DNA of 64,000 nt, from contig CAVYLP010000001.1 of the NCBI GenBank assembly GCA_963769425.1, positions 160,001-224,000 of the forward strand, given 5' to 3'. The notes beneath the pieces are model-generated. The model was given only the letters and a program-made list of their open reading frames with translations, was not told the DNA's origin and made no database searches. The DNA comes from Candidatus Bathyarchaeota archaeon (GTDB lineage: Archaea; Thermoproteota; Bathyarchaeia; TCS64). The first letter of the stretch is position 1. Each line of letters opens with the position of its first letter. Both the position numbers and the translations under genes were made by a program. Of this stretch, positions 22,553 through 31,071 are shown one piece after another.

Positions 22553-22980
22553 AAACCCCGCTGCACACTCTTCCACGTATTCAGCTATATATAGCGAAGT
22601 CATCGGGGACGCGTCGCCGGAACCATCTGAAACGTGTCGAAAACCGTTGAATATCGATTGAAAACCGTTGCATTCCGTGTGCCTTCAACATCCATTGAAG
22701 GGCGTGGGACGCGATTCATTGAACGATGTGAATAGAGGTGGGTTGAGTGGACGCCATTCAGTCGAAGGCGTAACTCAGTTTGGATGCGTTTAGTCATCGG
22801 TGTGAAGGGTGTCCCGTGGAAACACCTTATTAGTGGTTACCACTTACAGGGAAACATCATGGCAAGCGGGTTGGCGAGGGGAGGACTCGGGGAAGGCATT
22901 CGGTTGATCCTCTCAGCTGGTGTTGGGGGATATGACCGTTTTAAACCGGTATTATTCAATAAAGGGACAAGGCAGCGCGC
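22553..22980 (+). ncRNA. Multi-copy ~425-nt structured non-coding element, copy 1 (candidate ncRNA or non-autonomous mobile element)
   Basis: About 89% identical by manual alignment to 54849-55274; multiple hairpins with + strand G-U pairs, a compensatory change, and terminal CGCTGC/GCAGCG pairing. Confidence 0.6.
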
Positions 22981-22982
22981 GA

Positions 22983-23137
22983 TACGTTCAACTCGAAAAG
23001 GTACTCTTCAAGGAACAGAATGAGGGTTTCACTGCAAGGTCTCCAAGACAGTCGAAGAGGTGGTTGAGCTAATCGAGTTTGGCTTCGAATACTTCAACGA
23101 GATAGACTAAGTATTCCCCTACAGGAAGCGCAAGTAG
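22983..23137 (+). pseudogene. C-terminal remnant of a tyrosine integrase
   Basis: YVQLEKVLFKEQNE / FHCKVSKTVEEVVELIEFGFEYFNEID*VFPYRKRK* (frameshift plus stop); resembles, from memory, the C-terminal tail of Bathyarchaeal tRNA-adjacent integrases; converges on the tRNA 3' end. Confidence 0.65.
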
Positions 23138-23160
23138 AAACAGGGCTCGGTTGGATGAGA

Positions 23161-23238
23161 TGGCGGGCCCGGTGGGATTCGAACCCACGACCATCAACTC
23201 CGCAGGCTGATGTCATATCCTGGCTAGACCACGGACCC
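23161..23238 (-). tRNA. tRNA-Arg (GCG), intron-less, encoded CCA
   Basis: GGGTCCG acceptor/CGGGCCC-G-CCA; anticodon arm TCAGC-CTGCGGA-GTTGA; GGTTCGAATCCC T-arm. Confidence 0.97.
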
Positions 23239-23313
23239 AGCACCCAAACAGACCTGTTTCTCCTAGATAAGCTCTACCCAGAGCTTATAGACGGGGTCCG
23301 CGGGCACATATCC

Positions 23314-24484
23314 ATGGCGGGGGAGGCGGAGGACAGGGCGGGGCTCCTCAGGGTCCTCTACGTCACAATCTTCCTCACCGCCACGGGACTCGGCACCGCC
23401 TCCTTCATGCTCCCCGTCTACGCGACTAGCCTCGGCGCCAACTATATCGACCTCGGCCTAATGGGGGCGCTCCGGAACATCGTCTACACCATCATGACCC
23501 TCACGGTCGGCTACCTCCTCGATAGGTTCGAGAGGATCAGGATATACGTCGGCTTCATGTTCATCGGCGTCGCCGTCGTCGCCCTCTTCGGTATCATGAC
23601 ACAGGTCGCCCTCCTGATAGCGTGGAGCAGCCTGCTCGGCCTCGTCTCCGCGGCGTTCTGGGTGACCGCGAGCACGGTCACAGCGAACATCTCGCCCCCC
23701 GAGAGGCTTAGCCAGTCGATGGGACGCTATAATTTATCGTGGATTATTGGTTTTGTCGTGGGGCCAACCGCCGGCGGCTACATCGTCGACGCCTACGGAT
23801 ACCAGACACTCTTCCTCTGCTTATCCGCCGTCATTGTAACGAGCATCGTAATTATCTTATGGAAGATTAGGCCGGCTAATAACGCTCCGCAATAGCAGTA
23901 GTTCCAAGGGCTCCAGTCTTGCACCACTTAAAGGACTCGCCCTCGCCTACCTCACACTCATCCCCTTCACCTGCATCCTCGGCATCTACATGGCAATAAT
24001 GCCCGGATACCTGAAGCTAGTCGGGCTCACTCCAGCGATCGTTGGGCTTCTCCTCACGATGACGAACGGGGTCCGCGGGGTTGGCTTCTTCAACGCTGAG
24101 AGGTTCATCAATTGGGGAACTAGGAGGTCAGTATCCCTAGCTTCTCTTCTCCTATTCACTGGGATGATCGTCTTCTCATTCGCGTCCTCCACCCTAGAGT
24201 ACGTCATCCCATTAGTCCTGTACGGCATCGCAGCGGGAATAATGACCCCGTTAATGCTCGACTACATCGCAAAGCGATGCGACAAGGGGAGCCTTGGCGC
24301 TGCAATGGGGTTCCATGAGGGAGTATACGGAGTCGGTATGTGCCTCGGCCCACTTGTGGGTGGAGCAATAGCTGACATCTGGGGGCCGCCACTCCTCTAC
24401 AGGCTCCTTGCTGTACTCGCCCTAACAATGCTTCCACTAGCCTACACGCTCTCGAAAAGAGGGGACAAGAAGACCTCGGATTAA
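23314..24484 (+). pseudogene. MFS transporter (one frameshift near 23880)
   Basis: GYLLDRFER motif A-like in the N-half; C-half GAAMG..GVYGVG.CLGPLVGG in another frame. Confidence 0.8.
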
Positions 24485-24585
24485 ACGAAAATGAGGTTAA
24501 ATGATCTTCTTCTCGTGCAGTGACTTGTTATCAGCGTCCAGGTAACCTGCGACTTCACGGAGGACTTCGTCGGTATGAGAATCAC

Positions 24586-24875
24586 CGCTGCTAGGAATAA
24601 CGGCGTGGAAAAAACGTTATACCACCCTACTAGGAATCGGAACCCTGCTACATGGAGTCGGAACCCCGCTAGGTGGAGTCGGAACGCCACAGGTAGGAGT
24701 AAAATCGTGTTTCATGACTCCCGCTACGTGGAAGAGACTCGCCGCTGCAGGAGTTGGAACCCCTGCTACTAGGAATCGGGACGCCGCTGCTAGGAATTGG
24801 GAAACCCTGTGGCTTGGAGTCGGAACGCACCAGCGGGTGTCGGTGCCCTTGCTACTAGGAGTCGGAACGCCGTTG
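24586..24875. repeat. Degenerate ~21-bp tandem repeat cluster, consensus GCTACTAGGAGTCGGAACSCC
   Basis: Units at 24626, 24647, 24668, 24744, 24765, 24786, 24809 and 24851, plus partial units at 24586 and 24689. Confidence 0.8.
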
Positions 24876-25174
24876 CAGGGTTTACGGGGAGGAGTGTTCA
24901 TTTGAGGAAATACGTCTTCACGGAGATTGAGCGGAGGAGGCTCGAGGAACTCATCACGAGCTTAAAGAGATAATGAGTGACGTGAGCGGGATAGAGTCGG
25001 CCAAGCTGAGGGAAATGGATGTGATGATCAGGGCCGTAAGAGCTTCGTGAAATTCAGTCGAGTTCTCTAGGGGATGACCTTGCTACGAGCCATCTACTAC
25101 ACTTTGTCTTTCATCCGTGACAGGAGTCACTTCATCGGGGGTGTTCTAGACACGAAGACTGGTAAACTTAATTT

Positions 25175-25540
25175 TTACTTGTTTTCGCTTAGGAGTTTCG
25201 CCTTGATATAGCTACGGTGGCAATGAGTTTCATCCTTCTCGGCGCAGAGGAGGATGACTCGATGATGTGTTTCCACAAGTATGCGGAGTTTCCGGAGACC
25301 CTCTGCTTCATCTACTAACGTCGGGGGCAGTTGACGAGTCTTATTCCCTAGCTCCTTTATCCATGTGTATCGGTCTCCCAGACGGTTGATGAGTCCCCTT
25401 TGAGTGTAGACTCCGAGGAAGGCGTGAAAGGGATCCTCTCGCACGTCGACGACTACGTCGGGGTTTAACGCCTCAAGCTCGGCAAAAAAAACATCGGGCT
25501 TCTTCCCACCGTACCCAATGGTGAACACATCCGCTGCCAT
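25175..25540 (-). CDS. DUF488 family protein
   Basis: FTIGY, VVDVR..P, ELGN and LLCAE...CHR. Confidence 0.85.
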   Translation of the reverse strand: MAADVFTIGYGGKKPDVFFAELEALNPDVVVDVREDPFHAFLGVYTQRGLINRLGDRYTWIKELGNKTRQLPPTLVDEAEGLRKLRILVETHHRVILLCAEKDETHCHRSYIKAKLLSENK

Positions 25541-25590
25541 GGTTTGATACCTATAAGAAAGAGTTTATAGTAATTTGTCTCTGTTCATCC

Positions 25591-26391
25591 ATGGAGAGGG
25601 CACATTACCTCTGGTTTCAGATCGGCAACTTCGTGGCTTTCTTAATCGTTCTCGTGATGAACTTCTTAATCGACAAACTTCCCGTGAATGGAGTCTACAC
25701 GGCTCAGGTCTCCGACTCCTACCCGAACCTCTTCACACCCCCGGGGTATGTCTTCGCCATCTGGGGGGTAATCTACCTAATGGCGCTGCTATTCGTGGCT
25801 TACCAAGTTAGGCCAAGCCAGATTTCGTCTCCCTACATCGGTAAAATAGGGTGGCTCTACCTCGGAAGCGCCCTCCTAAACTCCTCGTGGCTGATCGTCT
25901 TCCACTACTCATACGGGATTCCGCTTCTCTACCTTGTCTCCACTGCTCTGCTCATTCTCCTCCTCGTGGACCTCACCACCATCTACCGTAGACTAGACAT
26001 AGGGGGAAGCGAGGTGCCACATAGGGAGTTCAAACTCGCCGTCCACGCCCCGATGAGCCTGTATCTCGGGTGGATATCCGTGGCGACCATAGCAGGCATA
26101 GCGTCCGCGATAAATGCGGTAATACCCGGGATACCCGTGGAGATTCAATCAATAGTGACGGCGATTATGCTGTTCGTCGCCCTGGGGCTTACCCTATACA
26201 TGCTGTGGGACAGGAGGGACCTTGCCTTCGGGGCGGTTGTAATCTGGGCCGTCGCAGGTATATCACTCAAGCAGGCGGATAACCCGATAATCTCCATGGC
26301 GGCCCTGATCGTGCTCGCAGTCGCTGCAGCCGCTGTATTAATCTTCCCCAGCGTCAGAAGGATCAGACTTCTCAGCTACTACACGTCTTAG
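25591..26391 (+). CDS. Tryptophan-rich sensory (TspO/MBR-like) membrane protein
   Basis: SDSYPNLFTPPGYVFAIWGVIY and YLGWISVATIA. Confidence 0.8.
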   Translation: MERAHYLWFQIGNFVAFLIVLVMNFLIDKLPVNGVYTAQVSDSYPNLFTPPGYVFAIWGVIYLMALLFVAYQVRPSQISSPYIGKIGWLYLGSALLNSSWLIVFHYSYGIPLLYLVSTALLILLLVDLTTIYRRLDIGGSEVPHREFKLAVHAPMSLYLGWISVATIAGIASAINAVIPGIPVEIQSIVTAIMLFVALGLTLYMLWDRRDLAFGAVVIWAVAGISLKQADNPIISMAALIVLAVAAAAVLIFPSVRRIRLLSYYTS

Positions 26392-26915
26392 ACGCGTTTG
26401 ACGCAAGGGGCGACCCACCTCAACGCCAGTGAGGCGACAACATAACCAGACGCTACGAGGGTAGACCACCAGACGAACCATGTGGTCGGGTACATCAGGG
26501 ATAGGCCCAGGGATATGAAGAGGACCGTGCCAATGTGCCTCCCGAGGGGATCCGAGCCCGGTACGGGCTTGGCTGCGACGAACTGAGTGAAGGCTAGTAG
26601 GATCAGCGCCAGAAACCATGGGGAGATGAGACCGACGCTAATTAGGTAGGCGGAGACCCCGGCGACGAGTCCGAAGTCCGCGAAGGCGTCCAGCATAGAG
26701 CCAAGTATAGACTCAGCGTGTAAGCGCCTCGCGATGATACCGTCGAGTAGATCAGTGGCGCAGGCGTAGATGTAAATTGGGACCCCGAGGCTTCCCGACT
26801 GAAGCTGGATGAGGAGCAGGGGGGTCGCCATGAAGCGTGTGCTGGTTAGGATCGAGGGGGCGACCGACGCGACCACGCTCCACCTGAGCCAACCAAGTGT
26901 TCGAGGCGCCCCCAT
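26388..26915 (-). CDS. CDP-alcohol phosphatidyltransferase family protein
   Basis: TDLLDGIIARR...GSMLDAFAD signature. Confidence 0.85.
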   Translation of the reverse strand: MGAPRTLGWLRWSVVASVAPSILTSTRFMATPLLLIQLQSGSLGVPIYIYACATDLLDGIIARRLHAESILGSMLDAFADFGLVAGVSAYLISVGLISPWFLALILLAFTQFVAAKPVPGSDPLGRHIGTVLFISLGLSLMYPTTWFVWWSTLVASGYVVASLALRWVAPCVKRV

Positions 26916-26928
26916 ACAACACCAACTC

Positions 26929-27492
26929 CTATGGCTGAAGCGACTCCGCAGCTGCCTCGGCTATCCCCTGGGCGTCCGAGGAGCCAAACTGGGGTTCATT
27001 AGGCGACATCGAGTAGACCGCGATGGAGAGGACCTCCTCGCCCCCCATTGACACGACCCTGGACTTCATCCATTGGAGAGCCTCGGAGCCGGCCCCGGCA
27101 CCCGTGAGGACGACCGCGACCCGCTTGCCCGCGAGGCTCCCGAGCCTGGTGAGGTAGGACTGCATGGGTACGGAGGGCTCACCCCCGTAGATGGGAGAGA
27201 CGAGGGCCACCAGAGTGTATCCGGTCAGGTCGGTCGGGGTCTGGGAACTCGCTGTGGTGACCTCAACGTGCCAACCGTTTGTGGTAAGGCCACTCGCGAA
27301 TGAGTCGGCGACGCCCTGCTCAAAACCGCTGATACCGGGGTCGCTAATCACCAGTGCCTTTGGACCACTGCTCTGAGGGTTGATTGCTGTGACCGGCGAG
27401 GGGTTCTCCGCCGTAATCGCCCATAGGCTGTAGCCGAGTACGCCGACCAGAACGAGAAAGACGCCGATTAATACTTTGAAGGCGAGTCTCAT
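26929..27492 (-). CDS. Membrane-anchored flavodoxin-like protein
   Basis: N-terminal TM; SPIYGG and LAGKRVAVVLTGAG. Confidence 0.7.
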   Translation of the reverse strand: MRLAFKVLIGVFLVLVGVLGYSLWAITAENPSPVTAINPQSSGPKALVISDPGISGFEQGVADSFASGLTTNGWHVEVTTASSQTPTDLTGYTLVALVSPIYGGEPSVPMQSYLTRLGSLAGKRVAVVLTGAGAGSEALQWMKSRVVSMGGEEVLSIAVYSMSPNEPQFGSSDAQGIAEAAAESLQP

Positions 27493-27550
27493 ATCCGTCT
27501 CATGGGCTTAGAGGAGGACGTAAAAAAGTATTACCCCCGAATGCAACGGT

Positions 27551-28996
27551 TTACTCGAGGGCAGCATCAACCGGCGAGAGGGGCGCGTGGGCCACCCTCT
27601 TCCCCCTGAGGATAGAGGGGATGATCGCAAGAGTGTTGAAAGCCGCGAGCCATAGGTAGGTCGTCTTCATCGCGTCGAGGAAGAGCAGCTTGTTCGCGTC
27701 GGTCAGCTCAGCCACCTGCTCCGTGATTATCTGACTGAGCAACTGGTATGGCATGACCATCGCCATCAGGAGGATCGCAATGTTGAGGCTTATCGTGAAC
27801 CCGATGCTGAACATGATAGACCTAAAGGCGGAGGCTATGCCCCTGCGCTCGGGGGGGACAGCTCCCATTATGGAGCTCATGTTCGGGGAGCCGAAGAGCC
27901 CCGTGCCGACGCCGAAGATGAGAGTGTACACCAACACGTAGGGGTAGGGCGTATTAATCGAGACGGTTGAGAAGAGGTATAGGGACAGACTCGTTATTAG
28001 AAGCCCACTCGTCGTGAACGGGAGCGGGCCATATTTGTCTGAGAGCCTGCCGCTAGTCAACCCGACGACGAGACCGACGATCTCAAAGGGTATCAGCCTA
28101 ATGCCAGCGTCGAAGGGGGAGAGACCCAGCACGATCTGCAGGTATAGGCTGAGAAGTAGAAGCACCGCTCCCCAAGCAGCGGCGTTGAGCAGTTGGGCGA
28201 TTACACCCCCCGTGAACTCCCTTATTCCGAGAAGCCTTAGGTCGAGGATGGGGTGCTCTATCCGCCTCTCATATCCCACGAAAGCGGCGAGGCTTAACAC
28301 GCACACGAGCATGAGGAGGTAGACAGTGTTCACCTCGGTGAGGCCGTACGCCTGGAAGGTGAGGGCAAGCAGGAAGCTCGTCAGCGTCACCGTGAATGTG
28401 AGCAGGCCAACGATATCGAATGGCTCGTTCTTCTCGGTCTTCCCCACCTCCTTGAGCCTCTTCCAGGCCCACAGTGTGCCGAATACGCCGACGGGGACAT
28501 TAACCCAGAACAGGGCCCTCCAGTCGAAGAGGGCGAGCAGGACACCGCTCAGCGTGAGGCCCGCCATGGCGCCGAACCTGAAGGAACTCATGTTTAGGCC
28601 GAGGCTGAACCCGAGCTCACTGATAGGCGTCGCGTCGACGATCATCGCCACACTATTCGTATTCAATATGCCCGAGCCGATGCCCTGCAGGAACCTGAAG
28701 GCTATGACCTCAGTTGGGCCAAATGAGAAGCTGATGAGGGCGGAACCCAAGGTGAACAGGGCGAAGCCCACGATGTAGATCTTCACCCTGCCGAACATGT
28801 CACTGACGCGCCCGACGAGGAGGAGTACAATAGTACTGCCGAGCGTGTAGGCTTGCGTAAGCCAGATTGCCTGCTCCGCGTCAGCGTGAAGTGCGGCGGC
28901 GACCTGGGGGAGCCCGACTATGAGGATGCGGGAGTCTATCCCGGCCATTAGGACACCTATTGTGGTGACGGTGAGAACTGTCCACTTGTAGTTCAA
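27551..28996 (-). CDS. DHA2-family (EmrB/QacA-like) MFS efflux transporter
   Basis: GRVSDMFGR, RFLQGIG and WRALFWVNVPVG; about 14 TM. Confidence 0.9.
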   Translation of the reverse strand: MNYKWTVLTVTTIGVLMAGIDSRILIVGLPQVAAALHADAEQAIWLTQAYTLGSTIVLLLVGRVSDMFGRVKIYIVGFALFTLGSALISFSFGPTEVIAFRFLQGIGSGILNTNSVAMIVDATPISELGFSLGLNMSSFRFGAMAGLTLSGVLLALFDWRALFWVNVPVGVFGTLWAWKRLKEVGKTEKNEPFDIVGLLTFTVTLTSFLLALTFQAYGLTEVNTVYLLMLVCVLSLAAFVGYERRIEHPILDLRLLGIREFTGGVIAQLLNAAAWGAVLLLLSLYLQIVLGLSPFDAGIRLIPFEIVGLVVGLTSGRLSDKYGPLPFTTSGLLITSLSLYLFSTVSINTPYPYVLVYTLIFGVGTGLFGSPNMSSIMGAVPPERRGIASAFRSIMFSIGFTISLNIAILLMAMVMPYQLLSQIITEQVAELTDANKLLFLDAMKTTYLWLAAFNTLAIIPSILRGKRVAHAPLSPVDAALE

Positions 28997-29145
28997 CAGA
29001 TCGGCCTTCTGTTTTCAGCGATGAGGCGCTTAGGCTGAACTTAAGGTGATCTATCCCGCCTCCCATAGACTCCATAGAGTAGAATCGTTAGGTGTAACTC
29101 GTTAACCCTCTAGGTTAAATATGGTTCATAACTTGAGTCTAGTCT

Positions 29146-29934
29146 ATGAAGCCAAGCAAGGTTGAACTGATCTACTACTCACCCACAGGCACCTCGAAGA
29201 AGGTACTAGAGGGTGTCGCGAAGGGCCTCGGAATCAAGGGCGTCGAGCACATAGACCTGACCACCACCGAGGCGGCGACTAAGAGCCACTCCGTCCCAGC
29301 GGGGGAACTGGCGGTCATCGCCGTCCCAGTCTACGGCGGGCGCGTCCCAATCGTCGCGGCCCAGAGGCTTAAAACAGTCAAGGGAAACGGCACACCAGCC
29401 GTAATCGTCACACTCTACGGTAACCGGGCATTCGAGGACGCCCTAATCGAACTCAAAGACATCGCTACAGAGCAGGGGTTCAAGCCCGTGGCCGGCGCCG
29501 CGTTCATCGGTGAGCATAGCTTCTCCAACGACTCTACACCAATAGCCGTTGGCCGCCCCGACAAGGAGGACCTTGAGAAGGCGAAGGCCTTCGGCGAGAA
29601 GGTTAAGACTAAGATCGAGGGAATGGAGAAGCCCGTCGAGGTCAATGTCCCAGGAAACAAACCATACAGAGAGAGAAACCCCGTCCCCAGGGCCCCCGAG
29701 ACCACGGCAGAGACTTGCACCCTATGTGGCGCTTGCGCCGAGGTCTGCCCCACGAAGGCGGTCACAGTAACCGATAAGGTCGAGACGGTGAAAGAGAATT
29801 GCTCCGCATGCTCCGCCTGCGTAAAGGCCTGCCCCACTGGTGCTAGGGTCTGGACGAATGAGGGGGTAAAGAAGGCGGCGGTCTGGCTCGTAACTAATTA
29901 TAGCAAGCGCAGGGAACCGGAGTTCTTCCTCTAG
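29146..29934 (+). CDS. Flavodoxin-like + 2x[4Fe-4S] ferredoxin fusion (EFR1-like)
   Basis: YYSPTGTS, YGNRAFEDAL and two CxxCxxCxxxCP motifs. Confidence 0.88.
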   Translation: MKPSKVELIYYSPTGTSKKVLEGVAKGLGIKGVEHIDLTTTEAATKSHSVPAGELAVIAVPVYGGRVPIVAAQRLKTVKGNGTPAVIVTLYGNRAFEDALIELKDIATEQGFKPVAGAAFIGEHSFSNDSTPIAVGRPDKEDLEKAKAFGEKVKTKIEGMEKPVEVNVPGNKPYRERNPVPRAPETTAETCTLCGACAEVCPTKAVTVTDKVETVKENCSACSACVKACPTGARVWTNEGVKKAAVWLVTNYSKRREPEFFL

Positions 29935-31032
29935 CCTCTCCACACTTTTTCGAAAAGTTTCACGAAGTTGAGGCCAAGTATCTTTTTTATCTCCTGGTCG
30001 CTGTAGCCCCGCGCCACGAGGCCCATCGTGAAGTTGGGCATATTCTCCATCCACCCGTAGCCCCACGACTTGTCCATCGGGGTGAAGTAGTCAACGTCGA
30101 CCCTCCCCGGGTTCTTCCAGATGAAGGCGGCGCGTGTGACCGAGTTGGGGAACTCGAGGTCACTGCCGAAGCCCACGTTGTCGACGCCGACAACGTCCAC
30201 GAGCACGTCGAGCTGATCCATGAGGTCGTCAGTCAGGGTGCTCTTCCCCGCCTTCTTCACGAAGAAGGGCGTCACGCCGACAACGCCACCCTTCTCGACG
30301 CACGCCTTCATCATGTCGTCGGGCTTCCCGCGCTGCTTAGAGTAAGCGACAAAGTCTCCCCAGAGGCTAGTGCTCCGGTTCGCCCACTCCGCGTAGCCGC
30401 CGGGCGTCTCTGGGGCCGACTTGCGGGGAATTACGTGTGTGAAGCTGACGGGGTCCTTCGACTGGTTTATCGCGTCCCAGCATGTCTTGTCCCCCGTGTG
30501 ACTGAGGTCGATGAGTATGCCGAGCTTATTCATCCTCTCCACGACCCTCTCACCGAAGGCGCTGAGGCCTGCGTCCTTCTTCTCCCTGCACCCGGCGCCG
30601 ACCTCGCCCTGCCAGTTGTAGGTCAACTGCATAGCGCGCAGCCCGTGCTCGTAGGCGACGTCGAGGAAGTCTACATTTCCTTCGAGGAACATCGAGTCCT
30701 GCGGCCCGTAGATGATGCCGTGTTTCCCCTCCCTCTTCGCTCTCTCGATGTCCGCCCCCTTCCTGACGAGCAGCACCCGATCCTTGTTCTTATCCGCCCA
30801 CTTGTTGTGTTTCATCAACTCGGAGAGGGCCTCGGAGAAGCTCCTCTGCATGCAGACTGTGAGGTTTGAGGCGGTTAGGCCGCCCTTGATGACGTCGTTG
30901 AGCCACATGTTCTCGGCGACGTAGTCGATGACGGCGACTATGCTGCTGTCTATGACTATGCTCTCCCTGTGGAGGGCCTCGGCGTGGGCAAGCTCATCCT
31001 TTGTCAGTGATAGAGTAGCTTCTGGGAGCCAT
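29931..31032 (-). CDS. Membrane dipeptidase (peptidase M19) family; ATG at 31032 is one base out of frame
   Basis: QLTYN, GLSAFG, IDLSH, FTH, GFGSD and KKILGLNF; the reading frame continues upstream of 30908 (AEALHRESIVID). Confidence 0.8.
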
Positions 31033-31071
31033 GTGGAATCAACGTAGCGTGGGAATAAAAAACGTGGGGGG

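Noticed and set aside
22600-22797. Minus-strand 65/70-aa ORFs inside both copies of the repeat (also 54881-55093)
   Set aside because: Differences between copies are mostly non-synonymous and the stops differ; the substitutions fit + strand base pairing better than coding constraint
22809-22856. TCCCGTGGAAAC / TTACAGGGAAAC resembling ORB replication-origin boxes
   Set aside because: Imperfect match, no G-string, no cdc6/orc1 nearby, and the first motif is explained by a hairpin
22914-22953. AGC-containing hairpin resembling group II intron domain V
   Set aside because: Length, loop (no GNRA) and AC bulge do not fit, and no GUGYG 5' end is present on that strand
23155-23313. 5' extension of the MFS ORF in the ORF track
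   Set aside because: It is the antisense of tRNA-Arg; the real start is probably ATG 23314
24586-24875. Possible CRISPR array
   Set aside because: Repeats are head-to-tail and degenerate, with no unique spacers and no cas genes
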